From Octopus vulgaris (taxonomy: Eukaryota), in the NCBI GenBank assembly GCA_951406725.2, contig OX597818.1:11470001-11534000 (forward strand): 64,000 bases of DNA, written 5' to 3'. Below are positions 1-13,259 of the stretch, piece by piece. The notes beneath the pieces were generated by a model. That model was given only the letters and a program-made list of their open reading frames with translations. It had not been told where the DNA came from and did no database searches. The position numbers were made by a program, and so were the translations under genes. Positions within the stretch are counted from its first letter, which is position 1. Each line of letters opens with the position of its first letter.

Positions 1-427
1 AATAGAAGGAAAAATGCTTAATTACAAAAAATAAAATATCAGTTACATCACAAAAGAGTTATGATAGTCAATTAAAACACACAGACATGCCACTACACTC
101 AGTTTTATTTCTTAATTGTATTGTATATTTATGACCTGATCACTAGAGTAAACATGAAAGACTTTCTTTCTAAAACTAAACACAATATGTTTCCTTTATT
201 TTAAAGTAAATTTGTAGATGAGTCATTCATTTGTTTTATTATTTATTTAATTTTTTGTAAGCTATTCTCTTGAATATAGTTATAGTTTTTAAAACTTTTA
301 ATCTTTAATAAAACCTCCTCCAGTAACACAATTAGAGACCTTCATACTGCATTAAACCTTTTACAAAAAAAAATATTTTAAAAAAGAGTAAAAACTAGTT
401 TCATCATCTTATATATTGCTTACACAG

Positions 428-562
428 GCAAGAAGCACCATCCACGTCGACATCACCGAGCAGCTCGTCCCACAAGTCCCTATAGCACTGATAGTAATTT
501 TAGTGCTGTAGTTCATAAACCTTACCCCAAGTCACAGCGCAAGAAGCAGCTCATGGAGCAAG
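428..562 (+). CDS. robo: Roundabout (Robo)-like receptor, internal cytoplasmic-domain exon
   Basis: Acceptor ttacacAG (426-427), donor GTcagt (563); 135 nt, phase 1-1. Encodes KKHHPRRHHRAARPTSPYSTDSNFSAVVHKPYPKSQRKKQLMEQ, matching the vertebrate ROBO1/2 segment RPTSP(V/F)STDSN-x-SA as recalled. Upstream exons lie outside the window. Confidence 0.8.
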
Positions 563-1932
563 GTCAGTATTCATTACATGGGGTATGAAGGGTTTAAAAA
601 ATAGCAATTTTGTTGTTTTGATAACCCCCACCAATTGTTTAAAACTTTATAATAATGCAAGGTATTGTTGATAATGTATTTCCTACATATTGTAACATAT
701 GATAGTATTGAAAATGTGCCAGCTGTATATGTTAAGGCATGCTAATGTATCAGCTATATATTTTAATACAAAGTATAGTATCAATTATATATTGTAACAC
801 AATACATTATCAGTTTTATATATAATAAATGGTAGTGTATCATTGATATGTTGTTAGTCACAGTAATCTGTCATCATCATCATTGATCTTTATTTTATAT
901 CCAAACTGGCATGAATTGGATGGGTTTTCTGAAGCAGTCTTTTACAGTCAGATACCCTTCCTGTTGCTAACCCTTTAAGTTCACTTCTTACATCACACAG
1001 GAACATAGTGTACATGTAGACTGGGCACTCTGTCAGTGATGACAATCAGCATCCCTGTGGATTCGATCAATAGAACAGCCTGCTTGTGAAATTCACATGC
1101 ATGTAGTTGAGTACTCTACAAAGACATGTACCCTTAACATAGTTCTCAGTGACATTCAGTGTGACACACAATGTATGACAAGGCTGGCCATTGAACTACA
1201 AGTACAACTCATTTTTGCCAGCTGTACCTATTCCACTTGTGTAAAACACACTAATATACACCTATGTATTGTAACACGCAGTTATCAATATATTGTAACA
1301 CTACTAGATACATTAAATGTATCCCGAAAACATAATAAATACACAGATAAATAAACAAATAGAAATAAATAACTATATATATATTTTTTTTTTTTCAATT
1401 CGATTTATTATTATTATTACTAGTATTGTTGTTATACATACATACATACAAGCATATATAATGATAATAATAAGTGGATGTAAACACATGAACAAAATAA
1501 GAATAAACAACAACAACAAAAACAAAATACAAATTACATGAACGTATATAAACAGAAGATACAAATATTACAGGCATCCCCTCACATACACACACTAAAT
1601 AAACATAGACGCACATAGAGATATAAGCATGCGCAAATGAAGACATACAATAGATATACAAAATTGCTGACGGTTAGTAAGGAGAGACACAAATAAGAAA
1701 GAAGAAAACAAAGGACCACTGATGCGGTCACAGGAGTGTGATGAAAGAACTCTGGCCGAAATAAGATTAAGATTAATGTAAAAAATAAATAACACTGAAG
1801 CAAAATAACACCAAATATATAGTGCGTGTGTTTTTATTGGCTAAACTGGCAAAATGACCATTCCGAAATATAACAATATCTGTTTCAACACACGACTTCA
1901 CATAAAAGATCTTGCACAACAAATAATTAAAC

Positions 1933-1980
<48 letters not shown>

Positions 1981-2050
1981 GTATGTATATGTATACATAT
2001 ATATATGTATATATATCTATGTATATGCATATATATATATGTATGTATAT
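1933..2050. repeat. (TA)n/(TATG)n microsatellite
   Basis: Directly visible. Confidence 0.95.
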
Positions 2051-2949
2051 AATTTTGAGAAAAACCTCTATTAAACAATTCAATAATGAAAGATGTTATT
2101 CACACCATATAGAAAACATATACTATAGAAACTTTATTCTAAAAATCAATAATGTGCAAAAACAATAAATAGTAAATAGTAGTAAAAAGACTACGCACAT
2201 TTCATGGCTATATTTTCAAATAGATAATAATAATAAAATCAATTCGATTTAAAATTAAATCAATCTAAAATTAAATCTATTTAAAAATATAGTCACTCAT
2301 CACTTCTAACATAGTAATAATAATAAAAAAATAATAATAGAATAAATGTACTTATCTTAACTTATACTAATTATCAAATAAATATAGAAAAATATGTGTA
2401 TTAACTATAAATAATCAAAAAACATTTAACAATATTTCTTAAAATAAAAACATAACTCCTCTTATTGAAGGATTTTCGTTAACTAAAAATTTGAACGTAA
2501 TACATAGAACTTAGCGTTTATAATAATATATCATGTGAAAATATAGTCTAAATAGAATTTATGGAATAGATAGATAGAAGTATGTATTTAAGCTATTAAA
2601 ATCACAAATATATTTTAGCGGTGAGAATAAGAAAAATAATTAACTTTAATATACCATCTACTGGAAAAATTGTAAACTCTAAATAATTTAAAAACTAAAA
2701 TTCGTAAAATACATGTCATAAACATAAATTAAGCTAAATTTCTATAATTTAATCTGTTTTCATTAATTAATTTATTTATTTTATAAACATCTAAGTTTCA
2801 TCTTATTCTAATTATGCAATATACACTATATAATCTCGTACTAATTTATGCACATTTTACTACTACAAATTATAACTACAACAATTAGTAACATAAAACA
2901 GGATTTATATATATACACAAATTAGCTAAACTTATTATATAAGTAATTT

Positions 2950-3330
2950 AACTTGTGTCTGCATTTAATTTTTCATTCGTCTAGGGATTTAATCAATTTT
3001 TTTCTTATTAGTTAATAATATCTCCTTAAATTTGTTAGTACATAATAAACAATCCCAATTTAAATTGTACTTAATATTCTTAGATTTTAGTTCCCATATA
3101 TATTTACTAAGGCCAGTAGAATTAATTAAATTTCTATTCTTAAAAGAATTCATGTGTTGAGCCACCTGTAATATAATTTTATTAGAAGTCAACCCTTTGT
3201 AAATCGCATTTAAATTATAACTATTCCTATTATAATCATCAATCAAAGTCACTACACGTTTATATACTACATCATCGAAATTACATTTAGTTTTATCTCT
3301 GCATGTACAATTAATTATATTCAACACATG
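2950..3330 (-). mobile_element. Penelope-like element relic, GIY-YIG endonuclease region
   Basis: Translation CTCRDKTKC...VVYK...YKGLTSN...HMNSFK...STGLSKYIWELK...W...CLLC matches the CxC/GIY-YIG/CxLC layout of Penelope endonucleases. Confidence 0.75.
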
Positions 3331-3449
3331 AATTCTTTTAAGAATTCTATATATGGGATTTGGGTGTACTTGTGGTGGGGTTGGGGTTTGTTACTTAGTG
3401 TGGAAGTGATAGTGTGTCGATGAATTAGAGCTGAAAGGAAACAGTGAAT

Positions 3450-3454
3450 GTATA

Positions 3455-3503
<49 letters not shown>

Positions 3504-3690
3504 TATGTATGTATTTATATGTATGTATATATATGTACGGATATATATATGTATGTCTGTATATATATATGTGTGTGTGTGTGTGTGTATACATATAAGT
3601 GTATGTATATATATATATATGTATGTATGTATATATATATGTATGTATATATATATGTATGTATATATAGATATGTATGTATATATATGT
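3450..3690. repeat. Compound (TA)n/(TG)n microsatellite
   Basis: Directly visible. Confidence 0.95.
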
Positions 3691-5287
3691 TCAATCTTTC
3701 TCAATCAATCAGTGGGCCATTTGAATAAACCTATAATGACCTCTAGAAACAGCTGTAATTCAAATTTACTACAATATAGGAGTGTAGAATGACCGTTATT
3801 TATGCCTTGTCTTGTGTGTGCATATATATATATAGAGAGAGAGAGGGGGGGAGAATATAAGGATAAAAATCACATTAATGACTTTTAGCAAATAGTCAGC
3901 ATGCTATAAAAAATTATTGGCAATTTATACATTAAATTAATAATAATGCGCACACACACACACACACTTATATATATACATACATACAGGACAGTAGATC
4001 AGTACAATGAACTAAAAAAAGAAATTGTAGCTATTTTTGGCATCTCTGTTATCTCCTTTTACACTCTTCTGTTTTTGTCTTTCTCACTTGATTAAAAAGT
4101 TTTGCTGTTTTTTCTTTAAAAAGAATATCAGTTAATATTATTGATTAAAATTCCTAAAACGTTGTATCCCAGCATGGCCACATTCAACCAATAAAAGAAT
4201 AAAAGAAGTGTATTTCTTAAGAACTGTCTTCAGGAAGAGTTAAAGAATAAGATAATTTCTTCTGTGAAATTACATGTGTCCAGGTACTAGCATATGATGA
4301 ATATGATCTGCCGATCTTATCTTGAAGACATGACACAATTACTGCTTATCTTGAGAGGGAAGAGCTGCAATAAATGTATTCGGTGCCAAGATTTCGACAA
4401 TGATTATTCTGTGAAATTGATTAGTAATTATCAGCTGAAAGACCAGATTAAATTAATGATACAATAATATTCCTAACGTCATTTGCGTCTTATCAAACTG
4501 GAAAATGGTAAAAGTTGCTTGTAATTAGGAAAGGCTGTGTGATTGAAGTCCTGATTTTAATTATTCCCAATTAAAAGATAAATGGATTTGATATCTTATA
4601 CACTAGATTGGAATTAAATTTCATGGAAATAGGATTGAAATGTAGAGCTGAAGTTTTATGGAATATCTGATTAAATTGCACGTTTCTTGATCTTTCTCTT
4701 AATTATTTTTTTTTTATAATATATCTGTATTGTTATTGCTGTGTAGCTCAACATCAACAGAGATTGATTTGAATTGTCTCGTGGATAGTTGGCAGAATAA
4801 CATGGTGCAATCCAGAGATCAATAACTTTAGATATGCTATGTATCTGTTTGGTTGAGGTTCATACTGTAAATTCAGATGTTTTGGGCAATGAGATCAAAT
4901 CCGAGTCGCAAAACAAAAATCTTGCCTTCACCCATTCATGCATTTTTTGGCAGGAATTGATGTTTTTTTTGTTTTTTTGGCTGGAATAGATTGAAGAAAT
5001 TAGCTATTTTTTAGAGGCTGCTTTTAAACGAACATCTGATGTGAAATGACAATGAGTGCATGGCACCAAAGCATTGTGTGCTGACAGTGAACAGTAATCA
5101 TGGCTGTGGAAATTCCAGCAAAACTATGGGAAGATGTGTACAATTACATCCCATGTTCTACATAGGGCCTTGTAAAATAGATGACACAGAAGGGAACAAA
5201 TGTAGCTGTGTACTGTCACAACATGCTCATCCATTCCATACCAACATGAGATAGACTAATCATTAAATGATGGTAATAATGTTAATA

Positions 5288-5850
5288 ATAAATGCCCTGG
5301 TGCAGTACCAGGCAGTGGCTCACATGGCTTCTGATCTTAACCGATTGGAAGTGTTATCATGTATATGTTTTGTCTTGGTATGAAAGATGGGCTACAGCAA
5401 ATATTCTACTCGGTACCACAGATTTGCTTGTTGGTTGTTTGACCTTCACCATTTGAGCATGTCCCTTAGTGGCTGACGATATGTGCATCTCTGAAAATGA
5501 GCAGAAGTAGTGGGGGACCATTATAGCCATGTGTTGAGAGGAATTCTTTGGGGTTTGCATAATTCATCTCTGGAAACATGGATGTTTTGTTCAACATCAT
5601 TAAACAAACCTTATTCTAGAGACCTTTTGAGTGGTATGGGCTACTCAACTCAAAAAGATTTTAACTGGTCCCCACCTGCAAGGTCATATACTGTTTTATA
5701 TGAGATTCCCATGTTGCACACATATGGTTGTGATGCATGTGTCTGGTGTACCCTTATCAGATAGGTAGTTATGATGGGTATATTGGGCTTTGTATGTTTG
5801 TACCCCAGTGTCACTTTGATGGCCTGCACTGCTCTCTCACTCAATAATAA
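5288..5850. mobile_element. Unclassified ~560-bp interspersed repeat bounded by (TAA)n
   Basis: GC-richer block with TAA runs at both ends; a partial inverted copy lies at 6763-6936. Confidence 0.6.
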
Positions 5851-5854
5851 TGGT

Positions 5855-6052
5855 AAATTTTTGCACAAGGTCAGCAAGTTTGAGAGGAAAGTCAGTTACA
5901 TCACTCTCTCTCTCTATTCAGCTGGTACTTATTTTTTGACTCCAAAAGGATGAAAGGCAAAGTCAACCTTGGCAGAATTTGAACTCAGAACTAAGCATTT
6001 TACCCGGCCTACTAACAGTTCTGCCAGCTTGCCATCTTAATAATAATAATAA
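5855..6052 (-). mobile_element. Meta-domain SINE copy (antisense to Robo)
   Basis: Reverse complement of the family seen at 23978-24190. Confidence 0.75.
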
Positions 6053-6224
6053 TGTGGATGGAGGTGAGAAGGAAGGGGCTGTTGATATTGTTAATGATAT
6101 TGATTAATGATGATGATGGTCTTTTTCTATTTCTATATCAACCAAGTTCCCTTGCAGGATACAGTTTATAAAATCTCAAATCTACTTTTGACTTATCTGT
6201 TTATTTACATTTCATTTTTGACAG

Positions 6225-6410
6225 GTAATAAGAAATTGTCCTCTAACCGACACCACCACCATCACCACCACCACCACCATCAGACCGGACACCAACAGCC
6301 AAATCCCGAGCAGGAACCCCTCTTAGCACAGGAATTATCAGCCCCACCACCTGGTGTAGAAACTGATGTATCTCGGTATACCCCAACTCACAATCCATAT
6401 TCAACAGGTG
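6225..6410 (+). CDS. robo: Robo-like receptor, His-rich cytoplasmic exon
   Basis: Pyrimidine tract plus acAG (6223-6224), donor GTgagt (6411); 186 nt, phase 1-1, in frame with the previous exon. Encodes (G)NKKLSSNR-H10-QTGHQQPNPEQEPLLAQELSAPPPGVETDVSRYTPTHNPYSTG. Confidence 0.8.
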
Positions 6411-6762
6411 GTGAGTCATATCATTTGTAATATCTACAGCACTGAATGTTTTTAAATATCATTTTTCTCTTTGCTTAGTGCCAATGAACAATGTCTACTG
6501 TATAAAAAAAAAAGTACATTTATATGGAAATCCCGAGAGGGTACTATGTAGCTGTTAGCCTCAAATCAGCCATAAATCAACTACAGCCATAGTTTAGAGG
6601 TTGTCAACCAATCAACTAGATGCAATCCACAGATCCCATTACACCAGATATGCCATTTCACTGTTTGTCCTCGGGCAGCAACTGTTGTTTTCTATTTGCT
6701 TATCTTTGGAAAGTATGTAAAATAGCTAATATTTCCTTCAAACTTTGCTTTTGTTATATGAT

Positions 6763-6936
6763 ATTTATTCAGACCCAAAAGAAACCCTCTCAACACGTGG
6801 CTATGGTGCTCCTCTATTACACCTGCTCATCAGCAAAGATGCACATATTGTTAGCCATTAAGGGACATGTTCAAGTGGTTAAGGTCAAGCAACTGACAAG
6901 CAAATCTGTGGTATTGAACAGAATATTTGCTATAAC
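6763..6936. mobile_element. Partial inverted copy of the 5288-5850 repeat
   Basis: Reverse-complement match to about 5390-5565 (e.g. gcaaatctgtggta vs taccacagatttgc). Confidence 0.8.
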
Positions 6937-7817
6937 AATATTTCTGCTTCAGCAACTCAGTACTGAATCTGTCTGGAATGTAATGGAAAATAGATCAGTT
7001 TTGAAATATTGATGTTCAGGTCACAAAAGCAAAGTCTGAAAGGAATAGTAGTTATTTCCTTTGATTTCTAGATTTAAGCAATTAGGAAATAACACTTACT
7101 GACCAAAGACAAAAAAACTAAATAAATAAAACTTTTGTTACACAGTGTTGTCTGTCTAGATGAAGACCATACTTCACATTTTGTCATACAAAAGTTGTTA
7201 TAGTTCAGTTCTAGGTTAGCTCTGATTGAGTAGATCTATGACCAAAGGTATACCACCCATGACCATCTCGTTTTTCCTATTTTTTTGTACAATAAGCCCT
7301 GCACCACATTACCCAATGTGTTAATTCTGTATTGTTTTTTTTTAAGCTGGTTAAATGTGATTTGCAGTTGATTTGACAGCAACTCTAACAGGTCAAGTGA
7401 CCACATTGAACATTTTCTTCTCCATCTAGTCTTTTTCTGTCTGTTGTTGTTAGTCCCAGGTCATCTTTAATGAAGCAAATCTGTGACCAATGACCTTCTA
7501 GCCATCTTCAGGGCAAATCTTTTATTCTACTTTTTAGCTGTCTGTACTCATTTTTACTCACTCTTTGCTGACAGACCATCTCTAGTTTGTTTTCCTCAGA
7601 TCCAACTATTACTCAATCAACTAAATCCTTCCCTACAAACTTGAGGCATTTTGTGCAAGTCAGAAGTACTTGTTACCACAGTTTTGTCCTCTGAATAATG
7701 GATCTTTGTTATTTACTTGTGTCATATATTGTGACAATAGCATGCTTTCATTCCTCTCTGAGTATTCCTTCAATTCATTATTTGGTAAAATATATTCTTC
7801 TTCTTCTTGTTAGTTAA

Positions 7818-7924
7818 CCTTTAGCACACTGTAGGTACATCATATCACTATATGAGTTTTCTTCCCTGTAATAACAGGCAGTGGCAAGGGAAACAGTTCT
7901 AGAGAAAATGTAATGTGCTAAAGG
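7818..7924. mobile_element. piggyBac-type MITE (107 bp)
   Basis: TTAA|CCTTTAGCACA ... TGTGCTAAAGG|TTAA: perfect 11-bp TIRs with a TTAA target site duplication. Confidence 0.75.
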
Positions 7925-8090
7925 TTAATTACAGAATGTGAAGAAAACATTGCAAATGAGATGTTAACCATTTCATCAGACCTACAAAATAATTTAATAA
8001 CAATATTATTCATAAAATTAGGGTCTCGAATTTTGGGAAAGAAAACAGTAGATTATATCAGCCCCAGTACTTTAATGACACTCTATTTAA

Positions 8091-8310
8091 CCCTTTGGCA
8101 TTCACATAGCTCTGTCAACTGTAATGCTTATTTATCCATATTGTTTCAAATTAATCATTCATTATCTCGTAGCTTCAAGATCTTGATGATGTGAATGTTT
8201 ATATTTAGAATGACATTGCAGCGTACATAAAAGAGGCCATATCTGGCCAGTTTGAACATAAAACAGGTAAAATATTTGGGCTGGATATGGCCTGTTTAAA
8301 TGCTAAGGGG
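8091..8310. mobile_element. piggyBac-type MITE (~220-bp family) nested in a SINE
   Basis: TTAA|CCCTTTGGCATT ... AATGCTAAGGGG|TCAA. Family copies at about 15185-15365, 22791-23010, 56828-57043 and 60235-60299. Confidence 0.75.
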
Positions 8311-8759
8311 TCAATAAAGCCTATTACTTGGTATTTTATTATAACTCCACTGGGATAAAAGGAAAAATTGACTTCAACAGGATTTGAACTCAAAATGTAG
8401 AAAGCCTACGTAAATACCACAAAGCATTTTGCTTGATACTTCAATGATTCTGATGAAACACTTCTCTTGAATATATTAAAACAAAAATATCAACTACTTA
8501 CGGCTTCATTCCATTTCCCTGATAACAATGATTACTTATTTTATATCACTTTTTGCAAACAGTAATGTTGATTGTTGATTTCCAATGGCATGATCACTGC
8601 GTCACCACATTTACAATGTCAATAGTGACAAGGATATGTTCAGATAACTTAAATGGAACTAATATGGCATATGAATCTTCGAAAAGAACCAGTTTATAGT
8701 TATTTTTTAATAACTATATGTTGTTGTAAAATATATACATTCATGCATGTGTGTCCATA

Positions 8760-9680
<921 letters not shown>

Positions 9681-10628
9681 TAGTTTATATACATATATAT
9701 CATCGTCATCATTTAACACCCTTTTCCCAAGCTGGCATAGATTTCATGCTTCAACAGGAACTCGTAAGACCTATCCATCTGTCCATCTTCTTTACTCACT
9801 CTTTCTTGGGTCATTGGGGTTGAGTTCTCAGCCACCTTCTGATAGGACCATATAGATATGGTCCTATCAGAAGCAACCATCATTAGTCTTTCTATCTGGA
9901 TTCTCAAGCATAAACAATGGAGACTGTGGATATTATTCAACCATCTCCTTCTTTGTCTCTCCCTAGGTCTCCTGCTGATTGGCTCAGCTTGAAGTATCTG
10001 TCTTGTAATTCTTTCCTATGACATTCTAATGCACAGAAGTTAAAAGAGAGTTTCTCTCATGGTATCTACTACAGTATAGTTTGTTCTAACAGAGTATCCA
10101 TTTTTAAGTGGGGATAAATACTTTATTAAAATAAACCAACTGGTTTTGCATTTTTTGTTGAATAATTTGTTTCACCTTCGACCTACTTGTAAGTATAGTT
10201 ACAAAAATGTTGCCAAAAACAAGAAGAAAAAAGCCAGGGATAGCTACTGCATTAGACATTTTAACTAAACATGACATAGAAATTAGTAATTGGACCCATA
10301 GATTCCTGTGAAAACTGCCCAACCCATGCTACAATGGAACAAGGGCATTAAATGATAATGATGATGATGCCATAGTAGTAGTAGTAGTAGTAGTAGTAGT
10401 ATCAAATAGTTTATTACTGGTCAAGTGATATTATCAATTTCACACTGACACTTGCACTTGGTAATATTGGTGATTCTTCATCCAGTAACATGTTATTGCT
10501 ATAACCAGTAATATACTGCTCCACAGTATACGAAAATATATCTGCTATATTTCTCATACAAAATATGCTTATTTTCTGGTTTACAGACAGCTAGCTTATG
10601 TATAGACAGATAGACAGATAGATAGATA

Positions 10629-11195
10629 TTGGGTTGTCCGGAAAGTTTGTGCCGATTTTTAAAGGAAAGAAAAAGGTCAATAAATACTTGCCGTTACATT
10701 TTTAATCAACCAAATATGAACCATTTTGTTGCACAATGTGTCTCCATCTTTCCTTTAACTTGAAAATACCCTATTCCCAGAATTGAGGTGGTTTCATGAC
10801 TAAGAATTCATCAAGGTATCTTTTTACATTCATCTAAGGAATTGAAATTTTTACCATTAAGACTATTCTGCAGAGACCTGAATAAGTGGAAATCCGAAGA
10901 AGCAATATCTGGTGAATATGGAGGGTGGGGTAACACATCCCAGCTGAGCTGCAACAATTTTTGTCTGGTTCCCAAAGCACCAAGTGCCGAAAAGGAACTT
11001 TCTTATCTTCCATTTTAAAGGGTTACAGAATTAACACAGGTTATAGAAACATAAATCTTCTTCTACGTAAAGATAGCTTAAACTGTGCTCTAAATGGAGG
11101 TGTAGTCAAATCCTATTTTATAGACTCAACCATGTTCTAAAATAAGTCAAAAGATAAGCTACTATAAATCGACACAAACTTTCCAGACAACCCAA
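10629..11195 (-). mobile_element. Internally deleted mariner (Tc1/mariner) transposon
   Basis: About 33-bp TIRs (TTGGGTTGTCCGGAAAGTTTGTGCCGATTTTTA / TATAAATCGACACAAACTTTCCAGACAACCCAA) with TA on the left. The minus strand encodes N-terminal MEDKKVPFRHL fused out of frame to C-terminal WDVLPHPPYSPDIASSDFHLFRSLQNSL...ERWRHIVQQNGSY. Confidence 0.93.
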
Positions 11196-11221
11196 TTGAT
11201 AGATGCATGCATGCATGGGTG

Positions 11222-11545
11222 AAGGCACATGGCTTAGTTGTTAGAGTGTTCAGCTCATAATCATGAGGTCATGAGTTCCAACTCTCAGCAGTTTGTTGTG
11301 TCCTTGAGCAAGACACTTTATTTCACGTTGCTTCAGTTCACTCAGCTGGCAAAATTGAGTCATACTTGTATTTCAAAGGGCCAGTCTTTTCACATTGTGT
11401 GTCATGCTGAATTACCCTATGAACAACATTAAGAATATGTGTGTCTATGGAGCGCTCAGCCACTTGTGTATTAATTTCACAAGCATGCTTTTCTGTTGAT
11501 CAGATCAATTGGAACCCATATCATCATAACCAACTGAGTGCCAGT
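11222..11545 (+). mobile_element. tRNA-derived SINE
   Basis: A-box-like tggcttagttg, B-box-like agttccaactc, body gtgtccttgagcaagacact. Antisense copies at about 1045-1222 and 49868-50170. Confidence 0.75.
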
Positions 11546-13259
11546 TGTAGGTAGGTAGATAAATAGATAGATAGTGAGTGTATGAGTGAGAGAAAGAAAG
11601 AGTGTAACAACTACGTACAGGACAAAAACAATTTAGCATAGTAAGCAAACGATTCATAGTACGCCCGTTGTATTTTTTCTGAATGAGTCCCACATATCTG
11701 ATTAATGAAATTAGGATGTTGTTTAACTAAAAGTAATATAAATACGAACAGCAATTTTAACAGATTTATTTACAGTTGTAATTTTTTTTTATTTCTGTTT
11801 TAGTTGTTTCTAAATTCATTACTTAAATTGAATAATTAAATATCAATTAGATAATATTATTTTATATGAACTTTCTATTAGTTGACTGAGTTTTTTAAAA
11901 TTTTATTTTAATTAAAATAAATGTCGTTAGTTAATAAAAAAAATATTGAGAAATAATTTAATTGAAATATCTAAAGTCAGTTTGTTTCTCCTTTACATCT
12001 GATGGAAAAGTTGTGGGGATGAGGGTTGAGATTTGTGTGGGCTCATGGAGAAAGGGGAAAGTGTGACAGTTTAAAATCTTGTGTAACAGATTTCTTGTCA
12101 TAAATGCAATCATAAACTCCATAATTTTTCATGTCTGCGTTTTCCATGACAGCAAGAGTTGCATTAGATTTCTTGCAGTAATATTCTAATATTCTATAAC
12201 CAGATGCTCTTCCTAAAGCTGACTTTAACATTGTTTTTTCAAGTAAGGCAATATAATTCACTGGTCTTCATACATCAATCGCCCAACCTGTAGGACATGT
12301 TATTTATGTGAGGTACAAACAGACATCATTGCTGTACAAACAGTATCAATGCAAAGACACCTCGAAACACACACACTCTCTCCCTCTTTCACTCTCTCTC
12401 TCTCTCTCTCGCTCTCACACGCACACACACTCTCTTTCTCTCTCTCACACACGCACACATACAGAGACTTCTCTAGAGTTTCAAGACTTCCAATTTCAAT
12501 CACCTGAAATCATGTGATTGCAAAGCAAACTTTTTAATTACATAGTCATGCCCACTCCTGTGTCTATATATGTATGTATATGTTGTCTCTACTCCCTACT
12601 CATGCACCTTTGGCATTATCTAACCATTTATATTTTGATACACCCCCCATACACTGAGGGTATGCCCTGGCATTTCACCAAAATCTATCTCTCTCTTGCT
12701 CAACTCTTCCATCCCTTTTATATTCTGATTTTCCTTCCTTGTGAGTATGCCCTAGCACTTCGCAACCATCTCTCTCCTGCACTGTCTTGCACTCATTCTC
12801 ATCTACTTTCTCTTTTTCTTGCTCTCTCCCTTTGACTAGGTAACCATGTATCTCTTCTACAGCAACATACTTGTTCCTGTCCTCATTCTTGATCTCTCTC
12901 TCTCTCTCTCATCAGGTAATCATGTATCTCCTCTACAGCAACACGCCTGTTTCGATGTCTCTCTGTCACACTCTAACCTTTCATCACCTGGCACAAGGTC
13001 ACTTCCTCCAATACCCCCTCTTCTCTCAAAGGATCTTTGTCTTCCAAGTTACTTGGTGACCCCATCAGTGCTGGTGCCACATAAAAAGCACTCAGTCCAT
13101 TCTGCAGGGTGGTTGGTATTAGGAAGGGCATCCAGCCATAAACAGACACCGAAGCCTGTCAAACAATCCAACCAATGCCAGCATGGAAAGCAGACATTAA
13201 ATGATAATGATGATGATATGTGTGTGTGTGTATGTATTTAATCATTTTAAGGAAAGAAT

